This document shows, in pieces, positions 26,075-38,690 of a stretch of 64,000 nt of DNA. Source of the stretch: Torpedo marmorata (lineage: Eukaryota). Each line of letters opens with the position of its first letter. Position 1 is the first letter of the stretch. The stretch lies in assembly GCA_977017645.1 (NCBI GenBank), contig OZ360227.1:126914001-126978000 (forward strand), read 5' to 3'. The position numbers were made by a program, and so were the translations under genes. Below the pieces are notes generated by a model. That model was given only the letters and a program-made list of their open reading frames with translations. It was not told the DNA's origin and did not search any database.

Positions 26075-26765
26075 TTTTATGCACTATCCAGGCAAGTCAA
26101 CCTATACATTATACAACAGGAGCCGCAAGAAGGATAAGTGCAAGGGATAGTGTTAAACAGTAAAGTAGTTAAAAGCAGTGCAAGGCATCATCTTGCATGA
26201 ATGGGAGGTCTGTTCAGCAGTCTGATAACAGCAAGAAAAAAATCTTTCTATCTGGGGGTACACATTTTTAAACTCCTGCATCTTCTGCCTGATAGGAGGG
26301 GGACAAGAGAGTGTGACTAGAATAGGACATGCCCTTCAACATGCTGGCTGCTTCCTTGGGGCAGCAGGAGATGAAGTTGGAGTCGGTGGAGGGGAGGTTG
26401 GCTTGCATAATGGCCAAAGCTGCCTTCACAACTCTGCAGTTTCTTGCTGTCAAGCTATGATGCATCTGGACTGGCTACTTTCTACAGTGCAAAATTAAAA
26501 ATTTGTGATGGACACCAGAGCCATGCCAAATTTCCTTCAACTTCTGAGGAAGTAGAGGTGCTGGTGTATTGTCTTGGTTGCAGCATTAACATGGCTGCAC
26601 AAAGACAAGTTGCAGGAGACATTTACTTCTAAAAACTTGCAGCTCCCCACCATCTCCACTTAAGCACGGATGACGGAGATGGGCATGTGCTCCTGAAGTC
26701 AATGACTAGCTCCTTCATTTGCTGGCATTGAGGGAGAGGTTGTTTTCCCAACACAATGCCACTAG
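26075..26765 (-). mobile_element. Old Rex1/Babar-like LINE 3' fragment
   Basis: Degenerate similarity to 35760-36360 (e.g. cctgaagtcaatgactagctcctt..gagggagaggttgtt). Confidence 0.6.
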
Positions 26766-27253
26766 ATTTCTTTACCTCCTTGTACTACAGATGGAGTTGG
26801 GCCAGTATTTGACCTTACAGTCATGTGTTTTAAGACAACAGTAAGGGGTTGAATACACAGCCTTACTGAAGACAATGCTGTGTCATAGGATAAATGTTTA
26901 AAATTTGAACACTTGAAAGAACAATTTTCATGATCCATTATCATTATGAAACAGGAAGTTACAGAATTTCTACATGAATTAAACAATTATTTTATTTCTC
27001 ACTATGTTTTTTTTCCAGGAATTATTTAGCACTCCATATCAATTTAAATCAAAGGGAGAACACTGATCAGATAATTTTGGTCATTTTAATTTAGTTCTTC
27101 ATTTTGACCATCTTCATTCAGTCATTCAAGGTATCCAAAATGTAAGTGTCATATTTTGCAAGGACAGTATTTCTCAAGATTAATTTAAGTCACTTCACAG
27201 AAGTGCCAAGCCATGATGTAATTATCTATAATTGTACTGACTGAACTGCATAC

Positions 27254-27316
27254 CGTTAGTGATGATGCACTCTTTTGCAGCGGTGTCTTATAATTTTGAT
27301 AGAGTTGTAATCCATG
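27254..27316 (-). CDS. GRB14: GRB14-like exon, PH-BPS linker: HGLQLYQNYKTPLQKSASSLT
   Basis: 63 nt; ttcttattttacag acceptor, ACG|gtatgc donor; G.QLYQNY motif. Confidence 0.9.
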
Positions 27317-27589
27317 CTGTAAAATAAGAATATGCATGAAGCAAGATAATTTCACAATTAAATCCTTTTTATGGCTTTCAAGTTTTTCTTGGAAGAAATG
27401 CTAACATAAAGTTGCATATACTGATAATATTACTCCAAATACATTGGGGATTGTGAGCAATTTGGGAGAAGATACGTTTAGTTAACTCTAAACTGTAGGA
27501 TATAAACACCAATTACAACAAATATTTATTGTTAACAAATGCTTAAATCAGCCTTCAACAATGCTTCTGCAATGTGATGGGAGTATGAA

Positions 27590-30320
27590 GCACAGGAAAT
27601 ATCTCCCAACTTCTTGATGAGCCCACTCGGGGATCGGATGTATTGGAGTGGGTGTTGTGTAATGCACGAGAGGTGATCAGAGAGCTCAGGGTAAAGGAAC
27701 CATTAGGGGGCAGTGATCACAATATGATGGAGTTCAATTTGAGATTTAACTAGGAGAAACTAAAGTCAAATGTGTCAGGATTTCAGTGGCATGAGAGAGG
27801 AACTGGCCAAAGTAGATTGGAAGGGGACACTAGTAGGGAAAATGGCAGAGCAGCAATTGGAGTTTCTACAAGAAATGAGGAAGGTGCAGGACAAATACAT
27901 AGCAAAAAAGGAATATTCAAATGGAAAAATTGCACAACTGTGGCTGACAAGTCAAAGCCAATGTAAAAGCAAAAGAGAGGGCATACAAGGAAGCACAAAT
28001 TAGTGAGAAGAGAGAGGATTATGAAGCTTTTAAAAACTTGCAGAAGGTAACTGAAAAACTCATAAGGAGGGAAAATATGAAGTATGAAAGTAGGCCAGGA
28101 AATAATATCAGAGAATACAAAAAGCTTAAAGCATATAAAGAGTAAAAGGGGTGAGAGGAGATATAGGATCATTAGAAAATGACACTGGAGAAATAATAAT
28201 GGGAGACAAGGAGATGGCAGAGGAACTAAATGAGTATTTCGCATCAGTCTTCTCTGTGGAAGACATTAGCAGTGTGCTAGATGTCAAAGGGTACAAAGGA
28301 AGGGAAGTTGTGCAGTTACTATTTCAAGGGAGAAGGTGCTCAGAAAGCTGAATGGTCTAAGGGTGGATACATCTACCAAACGAGATGGATTGCACCGTCG
28401 GGTTCTGACAGAAGTAGCGGTAGAGATTGTGGAGGCATCAATAATGATCCTTCAGGAATCAACAGATTCTGGTATGGTCCTAGAGGACTGGAAAATTGCA
28501 AATCTCACCCCACTATTCAAGAAGAGAGGGAGGTAGCAGAAAGAAATATAGATGTCAGTGGTTGGGAAGATGTTGGAGTCAATTGTCAAGGACAAGGTTA
28601 CAGAGTACTTGGAGGCACATGACAAGATAGGCCAAAGCCAGCATGGTTTCCTTAAGGGAAAGTCTTGCTTGACAAACGTATTGGAATTCTTTGAAGAAGT
28701 AACAAGCAGGAGATGCAGTGGATGTTGTGTATTTGGATTTTAAGAAGGCCTTTGATAAGGTTCCGCACATGAGGCTACTTAACAAGATGAAAGTCCATGG
28801 TATAACAGGAAGCATACCAGCATTGGTAAAGCATTGGCTGATTGGCAAAAAGCAGAGCCTGAACACAGGGATCATATTCTGGTTGGCTGCCAGTTGTTAG
28901 TGGTGTTCCACAGGGGGTCAGTGTTGGGGCTGCTTCTTTTTTCTGTTGTATATTAATGATTTAGATTGTGGAATGAATGGCTTTGTGCCCAAGTTTGTAG
29001 ATGATATGAAGGTAGGTGGAGGAGCAGGAGGTGTTGAGGAAACAGGGAAGCTGCAGAAGGACTTGGACAGATTAGGAGAATGGGCAGAGAAGTGGAAAAT
29101 TAAATACAATGTCAGAAAGTGTACAGTCATGCACTTTGGGAGAAAAATAAGACTTTTTTTTTATATATAAAAAAGGAGAAAACTGAAAATACCCAGATGC
29201 AAAGGAACCTGGGAGTCCTCATGCAGGGTAGCCTGAAGGTAAGCTTGCATATTGAGTCAGTGGTGAAGGCAAAAGCAATGCTGGCATCTATATCAAGAGG
29301 AATAGATCAGATTTCAGATTTATTGTCAGAGTACATACATGACATCACATACAACCCTGAGATTCCTTTTTCCTGTGGGCGTGGCAGAATTACCACTAAT
29401 TGGTAGTGCAAAAAAAAACTGTACACAGCGTAAAACATGTAAACAAACAAAGAACTGTAAACAGATAATGAATGTAAACAAACTGACTGTGCAATACGTA
29501 CAGAGAGAACAAAAAGAAAATCAATAAAGTGCACAAGTAAGAGTCCTTAAATCAGTCCCTGGTTGATTTTGTCGTTGAGGAGTCTGATGGTGGAGGGGTA
29601 GCAGCTGTTCCTGAACCTGGTGGTGCGAGCCTTGTGGCACCTATACCTCTTTCCTGATGGCAGCAGCGAGACCAGAACGTGTGCTGGGTGGTGTGGGTCT
29701 TTGATGATTGCTGCTGCTCTCCGACGGCAGCATTCCCTGTAGATGTACTCAATAGTGGGGAGGGTAGAATACAAGAGCAGGGATGTGATGTTGAGGCTTT
29801 ATAAGGCACTGGTGAGACCTCACTTGGATCATTGTGAGCAGTTTTGGGCTCCTCATTTAAGAAAGGATGTGCTGACGTTGGAGAGGGTTCAGAGGATTCC
29901 GGGAATGAAAGGGTTATCATACGAGAAGCGTTCGATAGCTCTTGTCCTGAACTCATTGGAATTTAGGAGAATGAGGAGTGGATCTCATTAAAACATTTTG
30001 AATGTTGAAAGACATGGATAGAGTATATGTAGGAAGGTTCTTTCCCCATGGTGGGAGAGTCTAGGACAAGAGGGCACAACTTCAGGATTAAAGGACGTCT
30101 ACTTAGAACAGAGATGTGGAGGAATTTCTTCAGCCAGACGGTGGTGAATCTATGGAATTTGTTGCCACAGGCCATTGTGGAGGCTTGTCATTGTACTTAA
30201 GGCAGAGATTGATAGGTTCTTGATTAGCTATATCGATTTCAATTAGCATCAAAGGTTATGAGGAGAAAGCCAGGCAGTGAGGCTAAGTGGCGAAAATGGA
30301 TCAGCTCATGATTAAATGGC
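27590..30320 (+). mobile_element. CR1-clade LINE, ~2.3 kb of decayed ORF2 plus 3' UTR, split by a Rex1-type insert
   Basis: ORF fragments AEELNEYFASVF, DWKIAN.TPLFKK, SQHGFLKGKSCLTN, VYLDFKKAFDKVPH, YINDLD..FVDD and LYKALVRPHL. Confidence 0.93.
29307..29764 (-). mobile_element. Rex1/Babar LINE 3' end nested in CR1
   Basis: ORF 29547..29774 (IIKDPHHPAH..LLPSGKRYR..RFRNSCYP); taga duplicated at 29303-29306 and 29765-29768; CR1 continues across the insert. Confidence 0.85.
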
Positions 30321-30330
30321 AGGGAGGACT

Positions 30331-30572
30331 CAAGATCTTTTTCAAGATTCAATTTATTGTCATAGTAATAAGACAGTGTCATATTCCATGAAATTTCTTT
30401 ATGCCTGCTGCAAGGCAGACAGATTCGCCACCGGCAGAAATTGCCTAAGCGCCTCTAACATTCCTTACAGTCAGAGAAAGAGAAGCAAAACAGAGTCCCC
30501 CCAGAGTCACTGAGTGTCCGTAGATTTGCCTCCAGCGCTTCCGCAACCACACAGAGTCCAGTCCAAACGATC
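30331..30572 (-). mobile_element. 5'-truncated copy of the 14723-15544 retroelement family
   Basis: Reverse complement aligns by eye with 15315-15544, including the tcttgaa tail. Confidence 0.8.
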
Positions 30573-33500
30573 GGCTGAATAGCCTTATGGTCTAACTTTT
30601 ACGACCTGTTTCTTTTCTAAAGCTCTCAGAATCATTTCCAGTTTCTTTCTGTGTTTAAGTGGACCAAGGAAAGAATTCCAAATGTTCCACACTTTCCACT
30701 AGAGTCCTGGTGGATTTTGAAGCAAATGTTAAAGAGAAGACTAAAATAAAGTGAGCAGAAGACTGGAAAGGGGCAAGTGTGATAAAGCAATTCAGCAATA
30801 TGGTATGAAAGTATTCTTAGCACAAAATCACTAGTAAAATTACTCTATACCTGTATCTTGGAAGAAGCAATAAAATCAAATCAATCATGGTTATTTTGAC
30901 AGCAAGATTAAAATATAAAAATAGTTTTGCAGAGGAGACCCTCTGTTTTAAAGTGAAACAAATACCTGGGTAGAGAACAAATGAGATAGGACCATTTCTG
31001 TGCTTCTTTTCATAATCTATAAAAACATGCAATGCTTTGAAATGCAATTGCAATACTGAAGTAATGGTGCACGGGAACATTTACACAAACTTGAATAATG
31101 GTTAAAAAAAAACAACAACTTTATTCAGGTAAGCTTTAAAGCCTATGATACTTTTTAAATGAGGGCAGGGAAGAGTTTCCAATGTACACATCAACACAGT
31201 CACTATCTGGATTTGGCATGGTGTTGCTGCGTGTGGGATATTCCTGAGGGCAAAGCACTTCAACAACTGCATCTTTGAAATCTTTTGTAATGTAATGAAA
31301 TACACAAATGCAATTCCCTTTTACATGCAGTTAGTGCCTTATACATTCACTTTAGAAATTCTGGGAATGGGCAGGCAAGGCAGTATTTTGCATTGCAGTC
31401 AAAGCAACTCACACCAGAATTTTACTTCAGTACAAAAAGCAAATACAATTAAATAACATGACAAATTTATCTCAATGCTCTTTCTGGGGGCCTTGCTGAG
31501 AGCAAATGGGGCACTGCTTCCCCCTGTATTAGCACTGTCAAAGCTATTATCATGGCTTGAACTGGTGTTGCATTGAGACCACATTGGTTAGAATTTAAAA
31601 AAATTCCCTCACCAGATGTTTAAAAAACCAACTAATCTAGGGGAGTTGATAAGAAAGAATAAAAATGGGATTAGTACAAGACTCCAAAAGGCATTATATA
31701 AATGCAAGTTCTCTTCAATATTTAAAATGAAATTAAAGGTAGAGCTGGGATATAGAGACGCAAGGTGAGACATGGCAATTTTAGTACAAACCTCAGCAGC
31801 AGCAAACCGTGGATAGCAGAAATAACAGCAGATACTGGAAATACATAGGTCAGGTTCAATTTTTTTTGCCAAACTTCAATTACACATGCATGCTGCCTCA
31901 TTCAAGATGCTTTTATGAGAAGGAGTCAAATGCACTGTCTGAATCACCAGCTTGCCAGTTCTATTCTGACCTCTCCTTGTTCAAGTTTTTCCTTGGGTTT
32001 ATGAACTTTTGCCAGGGCTATTAAGCACAAATGAAATAGCACACTAAGCTGCAGGTAACACTTCACATCTCACCCCAAATCAATACTTGCACATGTCCAA
32101 GGAGGTAGCAACCCTCATTTGCTCTTTATTGCTCCTACCTTTTGCCCAAATGTCTTAAATTATAAAACAAGGGAAAAACTCTCGAGTTGATAAGCTTTTT
32201 GATCAGGTCGGCAAGTTAACAGACTACTGAACTGATTGATTTTAGAATCCCATGCAAAATCATGTACCCTCAACAATGCAGTTTAAAAAACATAAGTGAT
32301 GAAAATTGCCAAAATCTCATCCAACATAAATGAACTATTAAATAAAGCGGCTTCCATGTTTCTTCACTACACAATTCCTGGTTAAAAGTTGCATTTAATT
32401 TCACACCATCTCTTTCACATTTTGGGTCCCAATAGGTTCAAGCAAAGACAAAGCAAAAAAATGTAAGAATAATAAAGATTAAACTGCAAAACAGTCAATC
32501 CATATCTCAATTATCTTTTTCTTCTGCATTTGTTTTACTGGTCAATGTAAATAAAATAGATCATTTCCTGTTCTTCCTTTCCCAGTTTTCTCTGTCTTTG
32601 CCAGGGGCATCTCATGCAAGCAAGAAAACCCCTTCCTCCACAAAGGCAAAATTATTTCAGGTTCTGTTTTCCAACTGCAGCAAGCATCATATCTTGTGCA
32701 GGCAAAGAAGATCAAAATACCCAATCACAAGAGTGAATCCCCCACCCTTGCATTCAGGCTTTTTCACATGTCTTACTATCCCTGATGAAAGGTTTCAGCC
32801 CAAAACATTGACCATCTATTGCTTTCCATGGATGCTGCCTGACCTGCTGAGTTCCTCCACCATTTTATGTGTTGCTCCAGTTTTCAAACATCAGCAAGCT
32901 TCTTATTTAACTTGCACACAAGAGACGGTCTTGAGTTCTGACCCAAAACATCAACTACTCTTTTCCTCCCAGTGATAATCCACTGAGTTCCTCCAGCAGA
33001 TTGTTTATTTTGCCACTAGAAACTGTGCCTAGGATGACAGGGAAGAAAGGAGTGCTAAATCTTCAAGTCAGAAGTGCATAAAAATTAAATAATTCTAACA
33101 AGATTTTGAGGTACGTTTGAACCACATGAATGATTTAATTGCAAGAATGACCATTTTGGTCACTTCTTACTGCATTAAAATTAAGTAGCAAGTAAGTGCC
33201 ACAGAAGAAAATCTTCTCCCCAAAACACTGCGTCCAGACTTGGGGAGGTTAGCCTGCTTAGGTCCATGTCTGATTTCCCAGGGATGGGAGGAAGCAGAGC
33301 CATTTAATGTGGAAATCAGCAGAGCCAACATCATTTCATGGGTGAAAATTTGGATCATGACTACAGGGAACTTGCAACAGGATCAAATGGTCACACAAGC
33401 CATTTACTCCAGGTTATATCAATTTCAATTACTTGGTACTGGAGAAAAATGCTGTGATCCAGTTTTTAGGTATTAATGTCTTCCAATTTTGATAAGTGAT

Positions 33501-33702
33501 TGACAACAGACTTGAATTTCTTCATCACTCATGACCAATGTTGCACACTGGCGCATGCTTAGTGTCAATAGTGTGTTACCAAAGTTCTGATTAGTCAAAC
33601 TTGTAATCAATTTTGTTTGAAGCCAGAATTATCCAGCATTAATATGATTACCTGCGATACAAAACATTAAATCATATTACCATTCCTTTTTAAATAGTAA
33701 TC

Positions 33703-34955
33703 CTTTTTTTTTTAATTTTTAAATCACAAAATACATAAAAATATGAAATTATCAAAATATTTGTGATACATTTCCCCCCCCCCTCCCTCCCCTCCCAACC
33801 CCGCTAATCTAATAAAAATAAAAAATATAAAATAAAAATAGAAAAAGAGAAAAAAAAAGAAAAAGATAGAGTAAGGAGAATGCCAATCTAAAAAAACATA
33901 CATCTATAAACTAATTCTATTATGGAGGCCAAGTATGCCAGTAGATCCAAAACCCAGAGATCTTCAAATCCTTAAACCAACAACTTTCATATATGGGCTC
34001 AAAACTTAAGAAAAAATGATATTTATTACTTAAATTATAAGTATTTTTTTCAAGTGGTATACACGAACGAAGTTCTGCATGCCATCTTTCTAATCCTAAA
34101 TCTAAATCAGATTTCCAAGTAATAGCAATACATTTCTTTGAAACAGCTAAAGCAATTTGCAAAAATTCTATTTGATACATGTTTAATTTCATCTTAATAC
34201 TAAATTTTCTAATATCTCCGAACAAAAATATCATAGGATCCATTGGAAATATAATCTTAAATACTTTATATAAAAAATTTTTAACTTTCAACCAAAAATC
34301 AAACTTTTGGACAAAACCATGTAGAATGTACAAAAGAACCTTCCTCTTTATTACATCTAAAACATAAACCTGATAATGTCGGATTAAATTTCTTTAGTCT
34401 TTTAGGTGTTAAATATAATTGATGAAAAAAATTGTATTGTACTAATCTATATCTATATCTAACATTAATAATCTTCGTCATACTTAATTTACATAATTCT
34501 TTCCAATGATTTTCATCTATTATTACATTCAAATCTAATTCCCATTTTAATCTTGATTTATGAATTCCTACTTTAGGAATTTTCCTCTGAAACAATTTAT
34601 ACATTTGAGAAATAAATTTATTTACATCTCCTTTAGTAACTAATAATTCTAATTCATTCTGTCTTGGTAAAATCAAAGCATAACCTAATTTCTCAGTCAG
34701 AAAAGCTCTAATTTGATAATAAGCAAAAAGTGTATTATCTAATATATTAAATTTATCTTTCATTCTTTGAAAAGTAATAAATTTCCCAGCTTCAAAACAA
34801 ACATTTATTTTCTTAATTCCTTTTTGAAACCAAATTTTAAATAATTGATTATTAATAGTAAATGGAATAAGTCCATTTTGATATAAAGGCGTCCTTGAAG
34901 AAATCAATCCTTTTCCTCCTATTTCCTTATCCGTCTTATTCCATATTAATAGCAA
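33703..34955 (-). mobile_element. L1-clade LINE 3' fragment
   Basis: ORFs 34299..34955 and 33920..34333 with CFRC..HSTW.C zinc knuckle and IPLEK; G-rich 3' UTR and poly(A). Confidence 0.9.
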
Positions 34956-35026
34956 TCTTTACTGTGGAAATGTATTAAAAGGACTAATTGGGAGCATTTC
35001 GTTCACTTTGAACATCCTGGCATTCA

Positions 35027-35641
35027 CACTGGACAACGAAAAATTTGCTTCCTTATCACTTTTGCGTGTATTTTATGGATTTTGGGCTGCTGATCACGAG
35101 AATCACCTTAAAATTTTTCTATCACATACCTTTTTTTTTAATATAAAAGATATTACCTATTTTGTGATTTCCTGTCATATTTTTAACATTCTTCAAGCAT
35201 ACAAAACCATGAAGTGCAACACGTCATTGAAAATTCATTTTCTGCATTCGCATTTGGACTTCTTCTGATCTTGGGGCAGTCAGAGATGAACATGGTGAAA
35301 GGTTTCACCAGAACATTGCGACCATGGAAAAGCAGTATCAAGGCATCTGGAATCCATCAATGATGGCCAACTATTGTTGGACACTGACACGAGAGGCCTC
35401 AGATGCTGAGTATAAACGAAAATCAGCGGCAAAACATTTTTAGGTCAGATGAACTAACGCAATGTGTCAACATCATTATGCGATTACGCATACTAAATTC
35501 AATAAAAGTTAATGTTTCTCCAACTTCCTACGTGATACCACAAATCTGAAATTATCTTGGTGTTCCGTTTTAAGTTGTCTGTCATAATCCCCAATCTTTT
35601 TTTTCCAGGAAGCAAACCTTTTGAAAAATGTTGTTGTCCAG
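35027..35641 (+). mobile_element. Internally deleted Chapaev3-type (CMC superfamily) DNA transposon; last 2 bp displaced to 37227-37228 by a Rex1 insertion
   Basis: Left end cactggacaac; right end gttgtccag|tg; transposase C-terminal remnant at 35185-35443 (SLKIHFLHSHLDFF / DLGAVRDEHGERFHQNIATMEKQYQGIWNPSMMANYCWTL..YKRKSAAKHF*). Confidence 0.78.
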
Positions 35642-37226
35642 AATCAGAATCAGAATTTATTGCATCATAGTGCAATTAACATTCATATTAACCATTCTAA
35701 TGACATTACTATAAAAAATTATAAACAATAGTGCACGAAAAGTAAGGTTGTGTCTTTGGTTCATTGATTATTCAGGAATCTGATGGCAGCGGGGAAGAAG
35801 CTGTCCTTGTGCCGTTGAGTGCTCGTCTTTAGGCTCCTGTACCTTTTCCCCGATGGAAGCAGAGTGAAGAGGGCATGGCCTGGGTGGTGGGGGTCCTCGA
35901 GGATAGAGGCTGCTTTTTTAAGACACCGCCTCATGTAGATGTCCTCGATGGAGTGAAGTTTGGTGCCTGTGATGTCACAGGCCGAGTTAACAACCTTCTG
36001 GAGTTTACTCTTGTCCTAGGAGTTGGCGCCACCATACCAGGCAGTGATGCAACCAGCCAGAATGCTCTCCTCGGTACACCTGTAGAAGTTTACGTGAGTC
36101 TTTGGTGACATACTGAATCTCCGCAAACACCTCACAAAGTATAGCCGCTGACGAGCCTTCTTTGTGATCGCATCCACGTGGATGCTCCTGGACAGATCCT
36201 CGGAGATGTTGACACCCAGGAATTTGAAGTTCTTGACCCTCTCCACTACTGAGCCCTCGATGAGGACTGGGTCATGTTCCCCTGACTTCCTCCGGAAGTC
36301 CACAATCATCTCCTTGGTTTTGCTGACGTTGAGCTCAAGGTTGTTGTCATTACACCATTCAACGAGCTGATCTATCTCCCTCCTGTACGCTTCCTCATTG
36401 CCGTTTGTGATTCTGCCGACAACTGTGGTGTCATCGACAAACTTGTATATGGCATTGGAATTGTGCCTGGCCACACAGTCATGAGTGTATAACGAGTAGA
36501 GCAGTGGACTAAGCACGCATCCTTGGGGTGCGCCTGTGTTGATAATCAGTGAGGAGGAGATGTTGTTTCCAATTCGTACTGACGGTGGTCTTCCGATGAG
36601 AAAGTCAAGGATCCAGTTGCAGAGGGGGGTACAGAGGCCTAGAGTTTGTAGCTTCTCGACCAGCACTGAGGGAATAATAGTATTGAAGGCCGAGCTGTAG
36701 TCGATGAAGAGCAAACGTATGTATGCATTGCTGTTTTCGAGGTGATCCAGAGCTGAGTGGAGAGCCAGCGATATTGCATCTGCTGTGGAGCGATTGTGGC
36801 GATAGGCGAATTGCAGTGGGTCCAGATCTTTGCTTAGGTATGCGTTAATTCTGGCCATGACCAGCCTCTCAAAGCATTTCATCACAGTAGAAATTATGCT
36901 ACTGGGTGGTAGTCGTTGAGGCAGCCCACACTACTCTTCTTGGGTACCGGGATGATTGATGCCCTTTTGAAGCAGGTGGGAACCTCTGACTGCTGCAATG
37001 AGAGGTTGAAAATGTCCATGAACACTCCGGCTAGTTGGTTGGCGCAGATTTTAAATACCCTGCCAGGTACGCCGTCGGGGCCTGACGCCTTGCGAGGGTT
37101 CACCCTCTTGAATGATGTTCTGACGTCGCCCTCAGAGACAGATATCACAGGGTCCTCAGCCTTTTCAGGGATTCTATTAGGCACTCTTTTGTTCTTCTTC
37201 TCAAAGCGGGCATAGAAGGTGTTCAA
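35642..37226 (-). mobile_element. Young 5'-truncated Rex1/Babar LINE (reverse transcriptase domain plus C-terminus)
   Basis: ORFs 36894..37250 and 36016..36885 ([40 protein letters not shown]); (attctg)n tail; only one 1-bp frameshift and one premature stop visible. Confidence 0.95.
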
Positions 37227-38109
37227 TGTAATCAACCAAAATTGCTTCAACTAACCATCACTTTTTGAGAGATTTTATTGCACACCAACCTGCTGTCGTG
37301 CTTTTAACAATCATTGCAATGCAACATGCAGTTCTAGTAATATGGAGCCTTGCTGTGGAATATATTTCAAAATGAGTGCTTAGTTTAATTTTTCATGTGA
37401 ATTAGTACCTGCCGTTAATTCATCTTTACTTTGTGAAAGCAAGGAAATTGCCACGTTACTATTTTCAACATTACATTTAGGATCAATTGTTTCTACTTAT
37501 CTTATTAAACAATAGACTTGATAAAGTTAACTCATTGTATGTTCTTAAAGCATGCACGTTCTACAGATGTTGCCTCTCACGGTGGCAGCAAAACATAACT
37601 AGTCATCAAGAATGTTATCTTTATCAAATCTACAATGAAGCATGAAATGTTACAGCTTTTTATTGTAGATCACTGACATTAAAACTGCTTACATTCCAAA
37701 ACAACTAGTTTCTGCCAGAAGCAATTCAAAAAGCAAATACTGCAATAGCCATCCTCAGTTTAAAACAATCAACTAACTTCATTCCCTTCAAATTTTAACC
37801 ACCTTGATGAACTTTGCATCCAACAAGAATGGAAGCAAGATTTGATATTCAAGGCCATTCCACCATTCAAGTGAATCATGCACTTGTCACCCTTCATAGC
37901 CTCGATCTTTTGATGCCTATGCATCACCTGCAATGCTTCAAATTCCAATGTTACTTCAAAATGCAGTTTCCCGAATCAACATCCACATTTAAAATTAAGT
38001 ACTAAAATAGCAAGTCAGACAAATATACCATCCACAGGACATCTTCTGCAAGCCCAACTCCCAAAGTAACCTTGACTACACCTATTTCCACCACCTCGTC
38101 CTCTGCAAG

Positions 38110-38428
38110 TTCAGATTTATTGTCAGAGTACATACATTACATCACATATAACCCTGAGATTCTTTTTCCTGTGGGCCAGACAGAATTTCTACTTAACAGT
38201 AACTGTAAACTGTACTCAAGAAAAAATGTAATTCAAAACAGAAAAATGTAAAAAAGAAAGAAATGTAAACAAACTGACTGTGCAATACAGAAAGAGAGAG
38301 AAAAAAAATCAATAAAGTGCAAAAGAATTTGTCCTTAAATGAGTCTCTGATTGAGTACATTGTTTAGGAGTCGGATGGTGGAGGGATAGCAACTGTTCCT
38401 GAACCTGGTGGTACGAGTCTTGTGGCAC
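38110..38428 (-). mobile_element. Rex1/Babar LINE 3' end (same family as 29307-29764)
   Basis: cagatttattgtcagagtacatacat tail shared with 29315 and 58392. Confidence 0.8.
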
Positions 38429-38690
38429 CCATTCCTTACTCTCAATTCCTCCATCTCCGCCACAACTGCTCCCGCAATGAGGATTTGCATTCCAAGACAT
38501 CGGAGATATCCTCCTTCAGAAAATATGGCTTCTACTCTACTGCCATGAACTCAGCCCTCACCCGCATCTACTCTATTTCCCACACATCTGACCTGGCCCC
38601 TTCTCCCCATAGGGTGCAACAGCGACGTTTTTTTCCCCCATGGATGCTACGTGACTTGCTGAATTTCTCCAGCACTTTTCTGTACTGTAA
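38429..38690 (+). mobile_element. Penelope-like element fragment
   Basis: ORF 38422 contains IPYSQFLHLRHNCS..FRKYGF (PLE RT C-terminal motif), followed by pLTR-type tggatgct..tgctgaatttctccagca. Confidence 0.72.
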
